This document shows positions 13,810 through 25,145 of a stretch of 64,000 nt of DNA, one piece after another. Under the pieces are notes generated by a model. It worked only from the letters and a program-made list of their open reading frames with translations. It was not told where the DNA came from and did not search any database. Both the position numbers and the translations under genes were made by a program. Numbering within the stretch: the stretch's first letter is position 1; every line of letters starts with the position of its first letter. Source of the DNA: Adineta vaga (lineage: Eukaryota; Animalia; Rotifera); contig CP075493.1 in the NCBI GenBank assembly GCA_021613535.1, forward strand, positions 16,554,001 through 16,618,000. The letters run 5' to 3'.

Positions 13810-14799
13810 TTATAACATTGAAATTCTATGAATTTCAGGTTGTTCTCGAAGTATAATTCCAATATGATTATTTCGTTGATTTTTATAATAATAATATGGA
13901 ATAAATTGTATAAATTTTCGACGATAATATGGTGCTGATATAAGATAAACATAAAAATTGGATGCATAACTAATATATAAAAGAATATTAAATATATTAG
14001 ATATCATTGTTTCTTGTTCTAAACGCTGAGATGATTTCATTACTGATACTGTTAATAATTGATAAATAATGATTGTTGCAAAAGGTGCTAATGGAACTAC
14101 GATTAAAATAATTTGTAAAAGTATCATTGAAGTTAAACTTCGCTGAAATACATCACGTAAATGATTATTACCATTAATTGAAGAAATATTACGATATGTT
14201 AAAAAACCAGTTATACCTAATATTAAAGCAGGTAAAATACCAGGAAGAATTGGTCGAAGAAAATAATTTTGATAAAGAAGAAAATCAGAATTAATAATTA
14301 AACATCTTCTTGTAATTGTACCATTAATACTTATAGATTCAATAATTGTAGTAAAATATAGAATTGGTATATTAATTCCAGTAATTACTACAGAAGCAAT
14401 GAAAATAAATAATTTTGCTGTACTTAATTTACTTCGATTACGCCATATAACATTTCGACATGTAACAAAATATCTATCGATTGAAGCAAAACAAATACAT
14501 GTGAGAGAAATAAGAGTAACTGTAAATGAAATGAAGAAACGGCTTTTACACCAAATTATATTTGTTGTGAATGAATCAATATTAAAACTTAATGATAAAA
14601 TTCTTGGTAAAAGAGCTTCGAATAAAGCAATTATATTAAAAAATGATGAAAGAAATAATAAATATGAACTTGGGATTGATCGAGTAGAATATAAAAGACA
14701 AATATTTATTAAATTACCAATTATACCAAATATAACAATTGGTAAACCAACATAAATACCAAATTGAACACTTATATTACTATATGAGATTGATGACAT
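13810..14799 (-). CDS. Intronless rhodopsin-like 7TM GPCR
   Basis: 329 aa with GIIGN in TM1, WCK before TM3, SIDRY, and SNFYVY (NPxxY-like) in TM7. Confidence 0.9.
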   Translation of the reverse strand: MSSISYSNISVQFGIYVGLPIVIFGIIGNLINICLLYSTRSIPSSYLLFLSSFFNIIALFEALLPRILSLSFNIDSFTTNIIWCKSRFFISFTVTLISLTCICFASIDRYFVTCRNVIWRNRSKLSTAKLFIFIASVVITGINIPILYFTTIIESISINGTITRRCLIINSDFLLYQNYFLRPILPGILPALILGITGFLTYRNISSINGNNHLRDVFQRSLTSMILLQIILIVVPLAPFATIIIYQLLTVSVMKSSQRLEQETMISNIFNILLYISYASNFYVYLISAPYYRRKFIQFIPYYYYKNQRNNHIGIILREQPEIHRISML

Positions 14800-15795
14800 T
14801 TCTGAATAATGTTTTATTTACGTGGAGAAATAATTGAAACTAATAGAATATCTGCATGGACATTTGAGAACAAGTATTATTTATTGACGTCTTTATAATT
14901 GAATTTATCTGTTAAGAACAGATTAAAAATGAGTAATACTATGGTATGATTATATTCTCGTCATCTGTTAATACATTTATATATGATATTCAATATTATT
15001 TTAAAAGTAATTAATAAGTATCTTGAGGATATCAATATGGATTAGATTCTTTTTATATCTTCATATTCAACCTCAAGATGTGCATGATATCTTTTGAAAA
15101 CATACAGAATCAGAAACAATCTTTTTTATAAAAATTATATGAAAAAAATAATGATTAGATATGATAACAATATGAAAATCACGAATTATTGAAATTACAA
15201 TTAATATCTGAAACAATAATTTTATTCACAATATAACTCCGTGATGTAATGTTGTAGGGATTTGATATGTTTAATGCGAAAATATTTTTTTGAGAACCAA
15301 ACAAATCTTAGAAGAAAAAACGTTGGAGAATTCTTCCGGAACTTTGACCATATTTGTTTGATTGTTTTATTTGTTTAATTATTCAAATTAGAGTTATCAA
15401 TATAAACACAACTTTTTTGTGTAAATATCTCACAATGTAATTATGTCCTATTTGAAATAATATCAGTTGACAGAAGACTCAATGAACTTCTTTTTTTTCA
15501 TATAAAAGCTTTTGCTTCTGGCAATTTCTCGTTTGAAGTAAAGTCTAATTTTTCTTCTGTGAACAAAAATCATGAATAATAGGTACCTAAAATGATCTGA
15601 TAAAAATGCTCATTCAAGTACACGTAGTTATAAAAAATGAGTGTGGGTGAGTTCTTCTTTACGTTTTATTTTCTCGTTTTAATTATAGCAATTTATCTGC
15701 TAAAACTGTGTGAATGTATTAAGATGCCTCATTGGCGATGTCAATAACCGCCGATGAGGTATCTTTATCGCCTAAAAACTAGAATTGGTACATCT

Positions 15796-16740
15796 CTAAT
15801 CACTATCACTATCACTATCACTATCACGATCACGATGAAACGTTGGAAGAGGATGAATATTAGGATGAGCAGAAGCAACACGAGCATAAGTCTTAACACA
15901 AGGATTCCGACAAGCACGAGCACTATGAACATAATCGTAATTGCAAGTGTCACGAAGAGCAGCAACCTCCGAAAATTTAGAAGCAGGATCAGGAATGCCA
16001 GCAAAACTTCGAACATAGCTATTTTTGCCAGGAGCTTGACGATCTAAGGTTCCAAAAGTCACTATGATCTGTTCAGGAGTTTCTAAATATAGAACTTATT
16101 TTAATGAATCGTACATCAATCTATGATCATAGATCACTCTCTCGGATATCTGAGAAGTATTCTCGATCATATGGATGAAAGAGAATTTAAGCAGATCTTG
16201 AGTAAAGATTTCTTTAGCAACTGTAACTAGAAATGATATAGATAATTCAAATGTATGTCGAACGTAATATCTCAAGAGGATTGCTGACAATCAAAGAATA
16301 AAATTAGCCAGATGTAAGCACATAAATGTATGTATTTTTCTCGGAATATAAAATGACTTACTTGATTGTGTATCTAATTTGACTTCTTGTTCTTTTTTGT
16401 TCTAAGACCACAAAACAAGTCCACAAGTTATAACTAATGGTCTTTAAGAAACTTACTCTCTCATATAACGCCATTAGTTGGGCTGTTTTTCTGTTTTGTG
16501 CTTGCTGCTGTTGGGATGTGTTTTTATAATAATTTGTCTGTTGCTGTTGGACATATTCTCTATATCCTTCTTGTTGCTGCCGCTGAGATAATCTTTTGTC
16601 GTTCTCTCGCTGTTGTTGTTGTTGTTGTTGAGATATTTCTTCATTATATTTTCTCTGTTGTTGTTGGGCAAATTTTCGATCCTCTTCTTCCTGTTGTCGC
16701 AGGGCTAGTTTTCTATCTTGCTCTTCTTGCTGTCGCTGGT
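15796..16740 (-). CDS. Gln-rich coiled-coil coding exons. Either a separate gene or the 3' part of the U-box kinase gene.
   Basis: Repeats of QQEEEDRKxA in ORF 16358-16855, GT-AG boundaries, and a last exon 15796-16085 ending in (DS)n encoded by an ATCACT microsatellite. Confidence 0.4.
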
Positions 16741-17228
16741 CTTCTTTTATGTTATTCGCAGTAAAACTGTATTTGATGTTGGTATCGCACCGTTCGGTGC
16801 TTTTGTGTAATATTGCACCTATAATGTAAACAAAAACTAAAGATAATCTACACATATATATTTATTCCAAATTATCCTTAAACTCGATTCTACTTCGATG
16901 GTTTGATCGTGAGTTATTATTCATATGTTGAAAGGCTCACATGTTTCCAAACAAAACCTTGCAAAAAAAGAATAAGACTACGTATGTATGAGAGGGACAA
17001 GAAACAGCTCGTACATGAGTGTTTTCATCATTGTTAAAAATCAATTTTTTATGAGAAACTATTGGAACTGTATTTGACAAATGAACATGGCTGTGTCAAC
17101 GATTTCCATGCAAAATATGCACTATGCCAAATTGAATAATACCGACTCTTGTTCGAATTTTATCAGATCCTACACTACCAAAGATAGCTTAGAACTGGGA
17201 GTAAACTATGTATAAACCTAACTTAGAA

Positions 17229-18350
17229 TCAAGATAAGCAAATACCTGACTGATAGTATTGTGCAGCTAGAAGTTGTTTTAATTCCATGAATGTTGGTCG
17301 ACCACTCGGTAATTTCGACCAGGTTTTTTTGATGATCGACCAAAAAGGTTGGCTACAATTGGTTGGTTGCGGTAATAAATCGCCAGTTCTAACCCGCTGA
17401 ATGACATCATTATCATCTTCTATGTTCGTCCATGGCACGGAACCTCGAGAATATGCTTCCCACATCAATACACCCATTGAATAGACATCTGATTTTTCTG
17501 TATAATTCTCTGATGTCGCATTCGGTGAAAGTATTTCTGGTGCCGCATATCGAATAGGTATGATATTTAATGTTGTTTGTGCAGAACCTGGAACCTTTGA
17601 ATACAGTCGACTATGTCGACTGAGACCAAAGTCAGTGATTTTCACAATATTTCTTTTTGGTTGATTTTCATCGAAACGAAATACGAGAACATTACGACAC
17701 GCTAGATCACCATGAATAACATTATTAGATGCCAAATATATCATTGCCTCAATAATCTGTAAAAATATTTCAATAAGAACTTTTTCATTGGGAACTGTTC
17801 TTCGATCCTCAAGTAACTCATATAAACTTCCTTCTGATGCATATTCTTGTAAAAGCAGTACTGAATTATTTTGGTCGGCATTGTTTTTATCACATACAAA
17901 ACCGAATGTCCGAATAATGTGCGGATGACGACTTAGATTCACATAAAAAGATGCTTCTTTTCTTGCTCGAGCGCCATCAATTTTTAATAGAAGTATTTCT
18001 GGTCGATTGTTATTAGTTGGTATCCACTCGGCGCCATAAATCTTTTTTCCATCTGTCATAAACAATGGTCGTCCCTTCTTTCTTCTAACATCAACGTCTA
18101 GTATAAACTGATAATTCTTTTGCTGCAATAATGTTTCAAAACCATCAACAAACTGTTTTATAATGCGATTAGGACAAAGTTGTTCTATGGATAATGGATG
18201 TTGTGTCATCGGATCTGTCCCATGACTTTGAATCCATTGTTCAATTGCTTGTTTTTCATAGGTATTACCATCTGGTGTTAAAACTGGATCATGAAATAAT
18301 TCCATTGTTATGGGACATCGTAAGAGATCTGGTGTATTCATATCTGCCAT
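17229..18350 (-). CDS. N-terminal U-box fused to a tyrosine-kinase-like protein kinase
   Basis: U-box: CPITMELFHDPV..DGNTYEKQAIEQW...DPMT...LCPN. Kinase: HGDLACRN, DFG, PIRYAAPE, KSDVYSMG. A splice donor near 17245 suggests further exons. Confidence 0.9.
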   Translation of the reverse strand: MADMNTPDLLRCPITMELFHDPVLTPDGNTYEKQAIEQWIQSHGTDPMTQHPLSIEQLCPNRIIKQFVDGFETLLQQKNYQFILDVDVRRKKGRPLFMTDGKKIYGAEWIPTNNNRPEILLLKIDGARARKEASFYVNLSRHPHIIRTFGFVCDKNNADQNNSVLLLQEYASEGSLYELLEDRRTVPNEKVLIEIFLQIIEAMIYLASNNVIHGDLACRNVLVFRFDENQPKRNIVKITDFGLSRHSRLYSKVPGSAQTTLNIIPIRYAAPEILSPNATSENYTEKSDVYSMGVLMWEAYSRGSVPWTNIEDDNDVIQRVRTGDLLPQPTNCSQPFWSIIKKTWSKLPSGRPTFMELKQLLAAQYYQSGICLS

Positions 18351-19047
18351 TATGATCTTTTAAACTTTGATATTTTGGAAAACTATAAAGAGATCAGTAA
18401 AAGTTTGAAGATTTTATAGTAATAAAATCAGTACAAGAAGAAAAATTCCTTTTGTCCTGTTTGAGATGTTCTCTGTATCAATGTTTTATTCCCTATAGTA
18501 CATTCCAAACAAATACTTAAAAACAAACGAAGAGATTTTTCCTCTATTGTCAGAATAAAAGAATTATGAAAAACATGAGTTGCTTACTCGTTCACTTCAA
18601 AATGTTTTTTTTTCGTTCTGTTGCCTTTGTATACTCTCTAAAGTTAGATGAAATTTTCATTATTACTTTTTTCATCAACTGAGAAAAAACCCTGGCAAGT
18701 ACGCATCGAAGATGTCCATAGCGGTTGAGAATGTGCCGCTATCGTTGCCATGGACATCTTTGCAATGCATCAAATAAAAAAAATACAAGTTTCGAAGTTG
18801 AAGGTGTGGGTAAAATTGATGTGTAAATATATGTTTTGAAAACAGTCAAAAGAAAAGAAGATTGAAATCAATTCTATTGATATTTAAATTAGTATGTATA
18901 ATGTTAAGCCACACACATCATGATCGAAACCTTAATCAGTTCACATTTTCCCTCATTCTATATATCTTTTATCTGATCATATCTATAGACAAGAAATATT
19001 TCCAAATCGATGTGACAACCGAATTGTATCTTTAGAGAATGAATATA

Positions 19048-19100
19048 TTGAGGGTGTGGATCTCCTTCTTACATATATTCACACCCACTCACACTCTTCA
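19048..19100. repeat. Telomere-like hairpin (family copy)
   Basis: TTGAGGGTGTGGA ... TTCACACCCACTCACACTCTTCA. Confidence 0.65.
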
Positions 19101-19263
19101 TCAAAGAGAACTTCATTAGATTCAGATTATTTATTGCATTTTATATGTTTCTTGTTTAACTAATTATGATTATATATATATTAAAAAAATCAAATAAATA
19201 TAGAAAGTATCAATTGCATTGTGATTTTAGTCTCTATACTTGCCAATTGCTCGTACAATCAAT

Positions 19264-19925
19264 CTATTCAGGACGATTACATCCACATAATGCACATGTT
19301 TCTTTAAATTGACTCATCTGGTTATTAGAGAATTTCACAGCAACATGACTATCATCTGACTGCGTACCAGAACTTGTGTGTCTGCTGTTCCCTAATAAAA
19401 TAATTTTTTTTAGTCATATTATATAGGAAAATTCATCTTCTTACCATATGGTCCAAACGCAATCGATTTTGAACTTTGCGAGTCTCGAGTCATACGTGAG
19501 AATCTTTGAGATATATCTGCTTGCATAGAATTTGACATTGAACCGCTTGGTAAACATATCCAAAAATGTTCACCTCTCCTAAGAATAGAAAACAAGTCAA
19601 TTAGTATAACGTGCAGATCATCACTAATTTATTACCTACAATTTTCAGCAGTGAAACCTAGACTGCGTGCAACTTCTATTGCCTGCAATCGAACTGAATT
19701 TTGACCAAAATTTGCTGTCTCAAGAAAATGTTTAGAAATATCGGACATTGTTTTAAAAATATCAACATGTTCTTGTGTAATTCCTGGTGCACTTTGTGCT
19801 GCGTTTATTACTATGTTATCTAAAAGTATATTAGAAGTTGATAAAACTTGGCATATAGTTCTATTGTAATCTATCCAAGTTTTTTTCCACCTTTTCTTAT
19901 TTGCTGTCGAGTAGAACTCTTTCAC
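19264..19925 (-). CDS. Hypothetical protein, three exons, 5' end not found
   Basis: ORF 19632-19925 splices by GT-AG introns to exons ~19580-19445 and ~19392-19264, ending CALCGCNRPE*. Confidence 0.4.
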
Positions 19926-20133
19926 CTTTGTTATCAGACATAAAGATATAATTTAAAATGATAAGGAAGAATATTCGGAAGTATGCTGAATTCAAACGTA
20001 ATCAAAGTTATGTTGCAGAAAACCAGTCAGATAAATTTCATCATAGTGTGACAACGTTGCTATATATAAAATGCAATTTATTTTGGACTTGCTCACATTT
20101 TTCGTACTATATCACATTATTCATCAAATCGTT

Positions 20134-20781
20134 ATGGATATCACATCTAGTTCAGAAGAAAACACCACTGTTAATCAAACGGAGAACAATACTCAAATTA
20201 TAAGCAATACCACCGTCAATCAAGAGACCATTTTCAAAGATAATACTACCATTAACAGCAACAATTTCAATATATTCGCTGTACGGGACGGCGAAATAAA
20301 TAAAGAATTAGCTGATGCAGCATGTACAAAAGCGATTGAACCTGTGAAAAATGATCGTAAGTGAAAATAATAGCATTCTGCGATACATATACATATGTAC
20401 ATTCTTAATTTGCAGAGCAACAAGTGCTAAATACTAGGAAAGAACATATTCGTCACTATATCGAAGATGCACTTAGTTGTGGAGTATCAATCAGCGATAT
20501 GATCCATTGATTCAAACTGTTTAATTTACGCAATAAATGGAATCTTGATCCACATCTATTCAACCGCAGAAAAAAACTGTTGAGTTCGAACAGAAAGTGA
20601 CTGATCTTCAGCAAAAAATTACTACATTAGAACAGGTAATTTGTTACTAACAAACATCTCCTTCAAATTATAGAGAACATCTTATACTAATATTGAAAGT
20701 CTGATTTTCTTTTTCTCAATAGATTATAAGTCAATTACAATCACAGACATCTCAAGGTGTACCGGTTCAACAGGCTTCATA
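20134..20781 (+). pseudogene. Small spliced gene with short Asn/Thr repeats and a coiled coil, probably disrupted
   Basis: ENTTVNQ-type repeats and GT-AG introns at ~20358 and ~20636, but exon 2 has an in-frame stop and frameshift. Confidence 0.35.
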
Positions 20782-20941
20782 GACTGCTATAAATTGAACA
20801 GAATATTATTTATCATAATTAAAAAAAAATAAAAAATAAATTTCAAGAATTTCTCGGTAATCAGATAAGAACATAAAATACTGTTGATGCAAACAATTTT
20901 ACATATGTATTAGTTTTATTAGAATAAGTTGAAAAACTCTT

Positions 20942-22044
20942 TTAGTTCTTTTTTGGAGCTGAATCACTAAATACAGTCTCCATAACGAATGCTGGATAAC
21001 GATCACCAACAACATCAGCTTTTTCACAAACTTGTCGAATTTCTGCAAGATCTGCTTGATTTAATTGAACTTGAGCTGCTCCAACATTTTCTTCTAAATT
21101 TTTGATTTTACTTGTACCTGGTATAACAAAAAAATCATCACCTTGAGCAAGAATCCATGCTAATGTTAATTGACCTGGTGTACAACCTTTTTTCTTTGCA
21201 ATTGCTGTTAATTCATCAACTAATTTAAGATTTTTGGCGAAGTTTTCTTTGGAAAAACGTGGAATTAATCGTCGAAAATCATCGGCATCAAAATCATCTG
21301 GATTCTTGATTTGTCCAGTTAACATTCCACGACCTAAAGGTGAATAACTAACAATAGCTACACCAAGTTCTCGACATGTTTTTAAAAGACCAATTTCCTC
21401 TTTTTCAATATCTAAACAAAATGGTGAATATTCAATTTGTACACAAGCAACTGGATGAACAGCACATGCTCGTCGTAATGTATTACTTGAACATTCAGAT
21501 AGACCAATATATTTGATTTTACCAGCTTTGACCAGTTCTTTTAAAGCTTCCATTGTTTCTTCAATTGGTACAGTTTTATCAATACGATGAACATAATAAA
21601 GATCGATTGAATCAATACTAAGTCTTTTTAAACTTTTTTCACAAGCTTCACGTACATATTCTGCATCACCACGAATGGAAAAAGCTTTCGTAACAGGATT
21701 GAATACACCAGCAAATTTTGTTGCAAGAAATACCTAGAGAAGAAAAATAAAATTATTCGTATATTTTTCAGATTTCTGCAAACCTTTTGCCGTTGTTGTG
21801 GATATTTTTTGAAATATTTTCCTAATAAATCTTCATTATCACCATAGACATCGGAACTATCAAAATAAGTACTACCAAGTTCAATAGCACGATCCAAAAC
21901 TTTGAATCGTTCTTCATCAGAACCTGCGGGTCCATATGAGATTGATAAACCCATTGCTCCAAAACTTATAGCTGGTACTTTTGGACCATTTTTACCCAAT
22001 TGACGTTGTGGTATAGATGAATTATTACACGATTGGCTACACAT
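20942..22044 (-). CDS. Aldo/keto reductase, AKR13 / YakC / IN2-2-like (2 exons)
   Basis: RQLGKNGPKVPAISFGAMGLS, DSSDVYG, FLATKF, IDLYYVHRID, GKIKYIGLSE, YSPLGRG and IPGT motifs. A 50-nt intron (21734-21783) restores one ORF. Confidence 0.92.
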
Positions 22045-23386
22045 TTTGATTTTTATGAAGAGAATATGGATCAACTGTCAACTATTCTGTAGTATTTATA
22101 CTCGTGTCGTATGCATGGCGAAAGAGAAAGGTGAACGAAGCCGTACTCCATCGATAGCGATAAAAAAGGTGAACGTAATCGTACTTGACAGGAAAGAAAG
22201 AAAAAGGTGAACGCATTTCTACCATGTGATAAAAACACGCAAAACCATGTATATTTTTAGAAAGATAAAAAAATAATTTATTCAATGCATGTTTTTAATA
22301 AATGTATAGGAAGATGAAATCCTTATCAACTAATATCGAAATAAATAAAATAGCAAAATAATATGTTGAGCTATTTTATCAGTTGTAAATGAAATCAAAA
22401 TCTTAAAGCAGTTAAATATTGAAACATTTCTCTCAGCCAAATAAAATAAGAGCAACAGTACTATATAACATCATAACTAGCGATTCTTCGTATACTTCTT
22501 GGAATAGATTAACTTTATTTAGCATTGTCTGTTGAGATTCTATTGTATTTGTACTATCAAAATAGAAGTCCATATTGTTCTCTGTGAGCTACGTAGACAA
22601 TTATTTTTTATGGAGGCGACGAAGAGAGATAAAGAGATGTAGGTAGAAAAGAGGAGAAGCGATAATGTACATAGGGCAGGTTGTAACATGTGTTATTCGT
22701 CCTTGCTCTGGTGCGTTTTGTATGAGAGCGATACGACTGTGGAGAGGAAGAAATAAATGAAGCCGTAGTATCAGCAGCAGCAGCACATACATCTCTTTCA
22801 TCAAAAATCATCACACTTAACTTTTACAGTTTAGCCATCAGTCAATATCAACTGAATAAGAACTCAAAACAGACTTCTGATTTGTAGCTAGAATTCTACT
22901 GTCACTTTTATTCGAACCTTCGAGCGAGTTATTCTATAGATAAAGAAAATCATAATACAAGAATATATTCTCATGTTTTCTCTCTTCATTGTTTGATTAA
23001 AAGGATAGTATATCTTCTAATTTATTCACAATGAAACATCTGGATATGAAAATCGATATAGTTCTATAGAAACATAATTGAATTGATATATTCAAACCAG
23101 GCCATTCATATACCCTATGCAAAAATATATTTGCTTTTAAACATATTTTTCAATTATTTCAAAAAATAATTAATGTAAAAAAAATGTTTTTCTCATTTCA
23201 CTTTGTTTTTTTTCTCACCTAGACAGGAAAAAAAGATACCTAACCATGACATACAATGATGCAACAAATGTAAATGTTACAGTTCAGTACTCTCCAACGT
23301 ACATCGTAGTATATTTGTACGTGTACGCATGTAGTTTCTGTCTGAATAAAATATTCTATATTTTACAATATACATATATTTTTTCA

Positions 23387-24308
23387 ATGACTTGTTATCA
23401 ACTTTGTTCTCCTATTCCTTGCACATACTCATGTGATTGTGTTGATACATATCCATCAGCTTGTTGTATTCAACCAATGGTTTATCGATATTGTAGTCCT
23501 AAATGTCAATCACCAAAATCACAAGGGAATATTTCAACAAATGACAATACATTAACTAATCAGAATGGTAATGAATCGGAAGAAAAATTCTCTATTCATG
23601 TTAATGTAGCTGGATTCAATCAAGAATCATTGGAAACAAAAATTGAGAATGGAAAATTAATTTTAGAAGCTAATAAAGAAGAACGACTAAATGATGAAGA
23701 ATATACTGTTCAACAATTTCGAAGAACATATCTACTACCTAAACAAGTTGGTAAGTAAGAATTCCTATTTTCATTCGATAATAAATATATATATATTTGA
23801 TAAAGATACTTCACGTATAACATCACGTATGATATCAAACAATATGTTCCTTATTGAAGCACCTTTTGTTAAAAGTTCAGCAAATGAAAATCGTTTTACA
23901 CAAGGAGACTTAAATACTCAAAATGGAGTTTTAACACAGAGAGAAAATAATAATCAAAATAAAGATTTAACCCAATCGGAGCAAACACATGAATCATTAG
24001 CTTCTTATATAAAACTTTTAATGAATGCAGATTTTCATCCATGTATTATTGATCAAGGTAATAATAAGAAAGCATTACAAATGACAATTGATGTAAAAAA
24101 TTGTAAATTAGAAGAAACGGATATTTTAATAAAAAATAATGAATTAGTTATAGAAGGTGAATGTAAACATAAAGAAAATCATCATTCAAAACGTGCACGT
24201 TTCTATCGAGCAACGACATTACCAAAAGGTGCACAGATTGATCAAATGACGAAACAATTAGATCAAGATGGACAATTAAAAATTCAAATACCATTTTCAA
24301 TGAAATAA
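23387..24308 (+). CDS. Small heat-shock protein with two alpha-crystallin domains and a Cys-rich N-terminus
   Basis: ACD1: FSIHVNVAGF...QFRRTYLLP. ACD2: MTIDVKN...FYRATTLP...GQLKIQIP. Intron 23751-23805 keeps the frame. Confidence 0.85.
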
Positions 24309-24573
24309 ATCCCGAAAAGTGATGTACATACACGTATTTTTGATAATATACTGTGTATTGATGATTTTGTTTTTCGTAAATAAATAAATAAACCCGGGAA
24401 AGAACTGAAAAATATAAATCGTATTGAAAATTATTCAATGGAATATTCGAACGAACGGTGTGAGTTTGAATTACGAATAATGATATACCAACAACCACGC
24501 CCACCCCCACCCATACATCCTATCAGTAGCAAAGAAGAATGCAGAACTTCTTGTGATCACCCATGTAACACTG

Positions 24574-24998
24574 AAACGCAGGCTAAACGCGTTTAAACGC
24601 GTTTAATCTGCGTTTGGACGCGTTTGGTGTTTCAGATGGTACTGTACCGCGTCTAAACGCATCCGATGGACGCGTTGAAACGCATCTGTAGTAGGAAATA
24701 TACTTGGGCGCGTTTCAAACACAAACGCGTCTGAATTTTCTAACGCATTAAACGCAGTTTTGAACGATTTCATTGGAAAACGCGTTCAAACGCATTTCAA
24801 AGACAAACGCGTCTCAACTCTCTAACGCGTCAAACGTAGTTTTGACCGATTTCATCAGAAAACGCGTTCAGACGCGTTTCGAACACAAACGCGTTTGAAT
24901 TATTTAACCTGTTAAACGCAGTTTTGGGCGATTTCGTTAGAAAACGCGTTCGTACGCGTCTGATTTGCTCGAATTTATATTAACGCGTTCAAACGCGT
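24574..24998. repeat. CACTA left subterminal repeat array (AAACGCGTTT-type motifs, partly in ~80-bp higher-order units)
   Basis: Dense ACGCGT/ACGCAT motifs; units such as ..cacaaacgcg..taacgc..aaacgcagttttg..cgatttc..gaaaacgcgttc recur. Confidence 0.9.
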
Positions 24999-25145
24999 TC
25001 TATAAACAATAAGTTTATATTAAACTTTCTCGAGCTATTTCGATACATTCCATATTTCTGATTAATCTATATGCTAGATTTTTGAAATCCTAATCGCAGA
25101 ACGTTTTACACCATACAGAAACCTGTTTGATTTGACATTAATTTC

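Noticed and set aside
14399-14755. 118-aa plus-strand ORF
   Set aside because: It is antisense to an intact GPCR and has no independent features.
22601-22814. Two overlapping small ORFs between the AKR and sHSP genes
   Set aside because: No motif, splice support or signal peptide could be confirmed.
24574-24998. Possible CRISPR array
   Set aside because: There are no constant repeats with unique spacers and no cas genes. The motifs mirror 31471-31756 and are explained as CACTA subterminal repeats.
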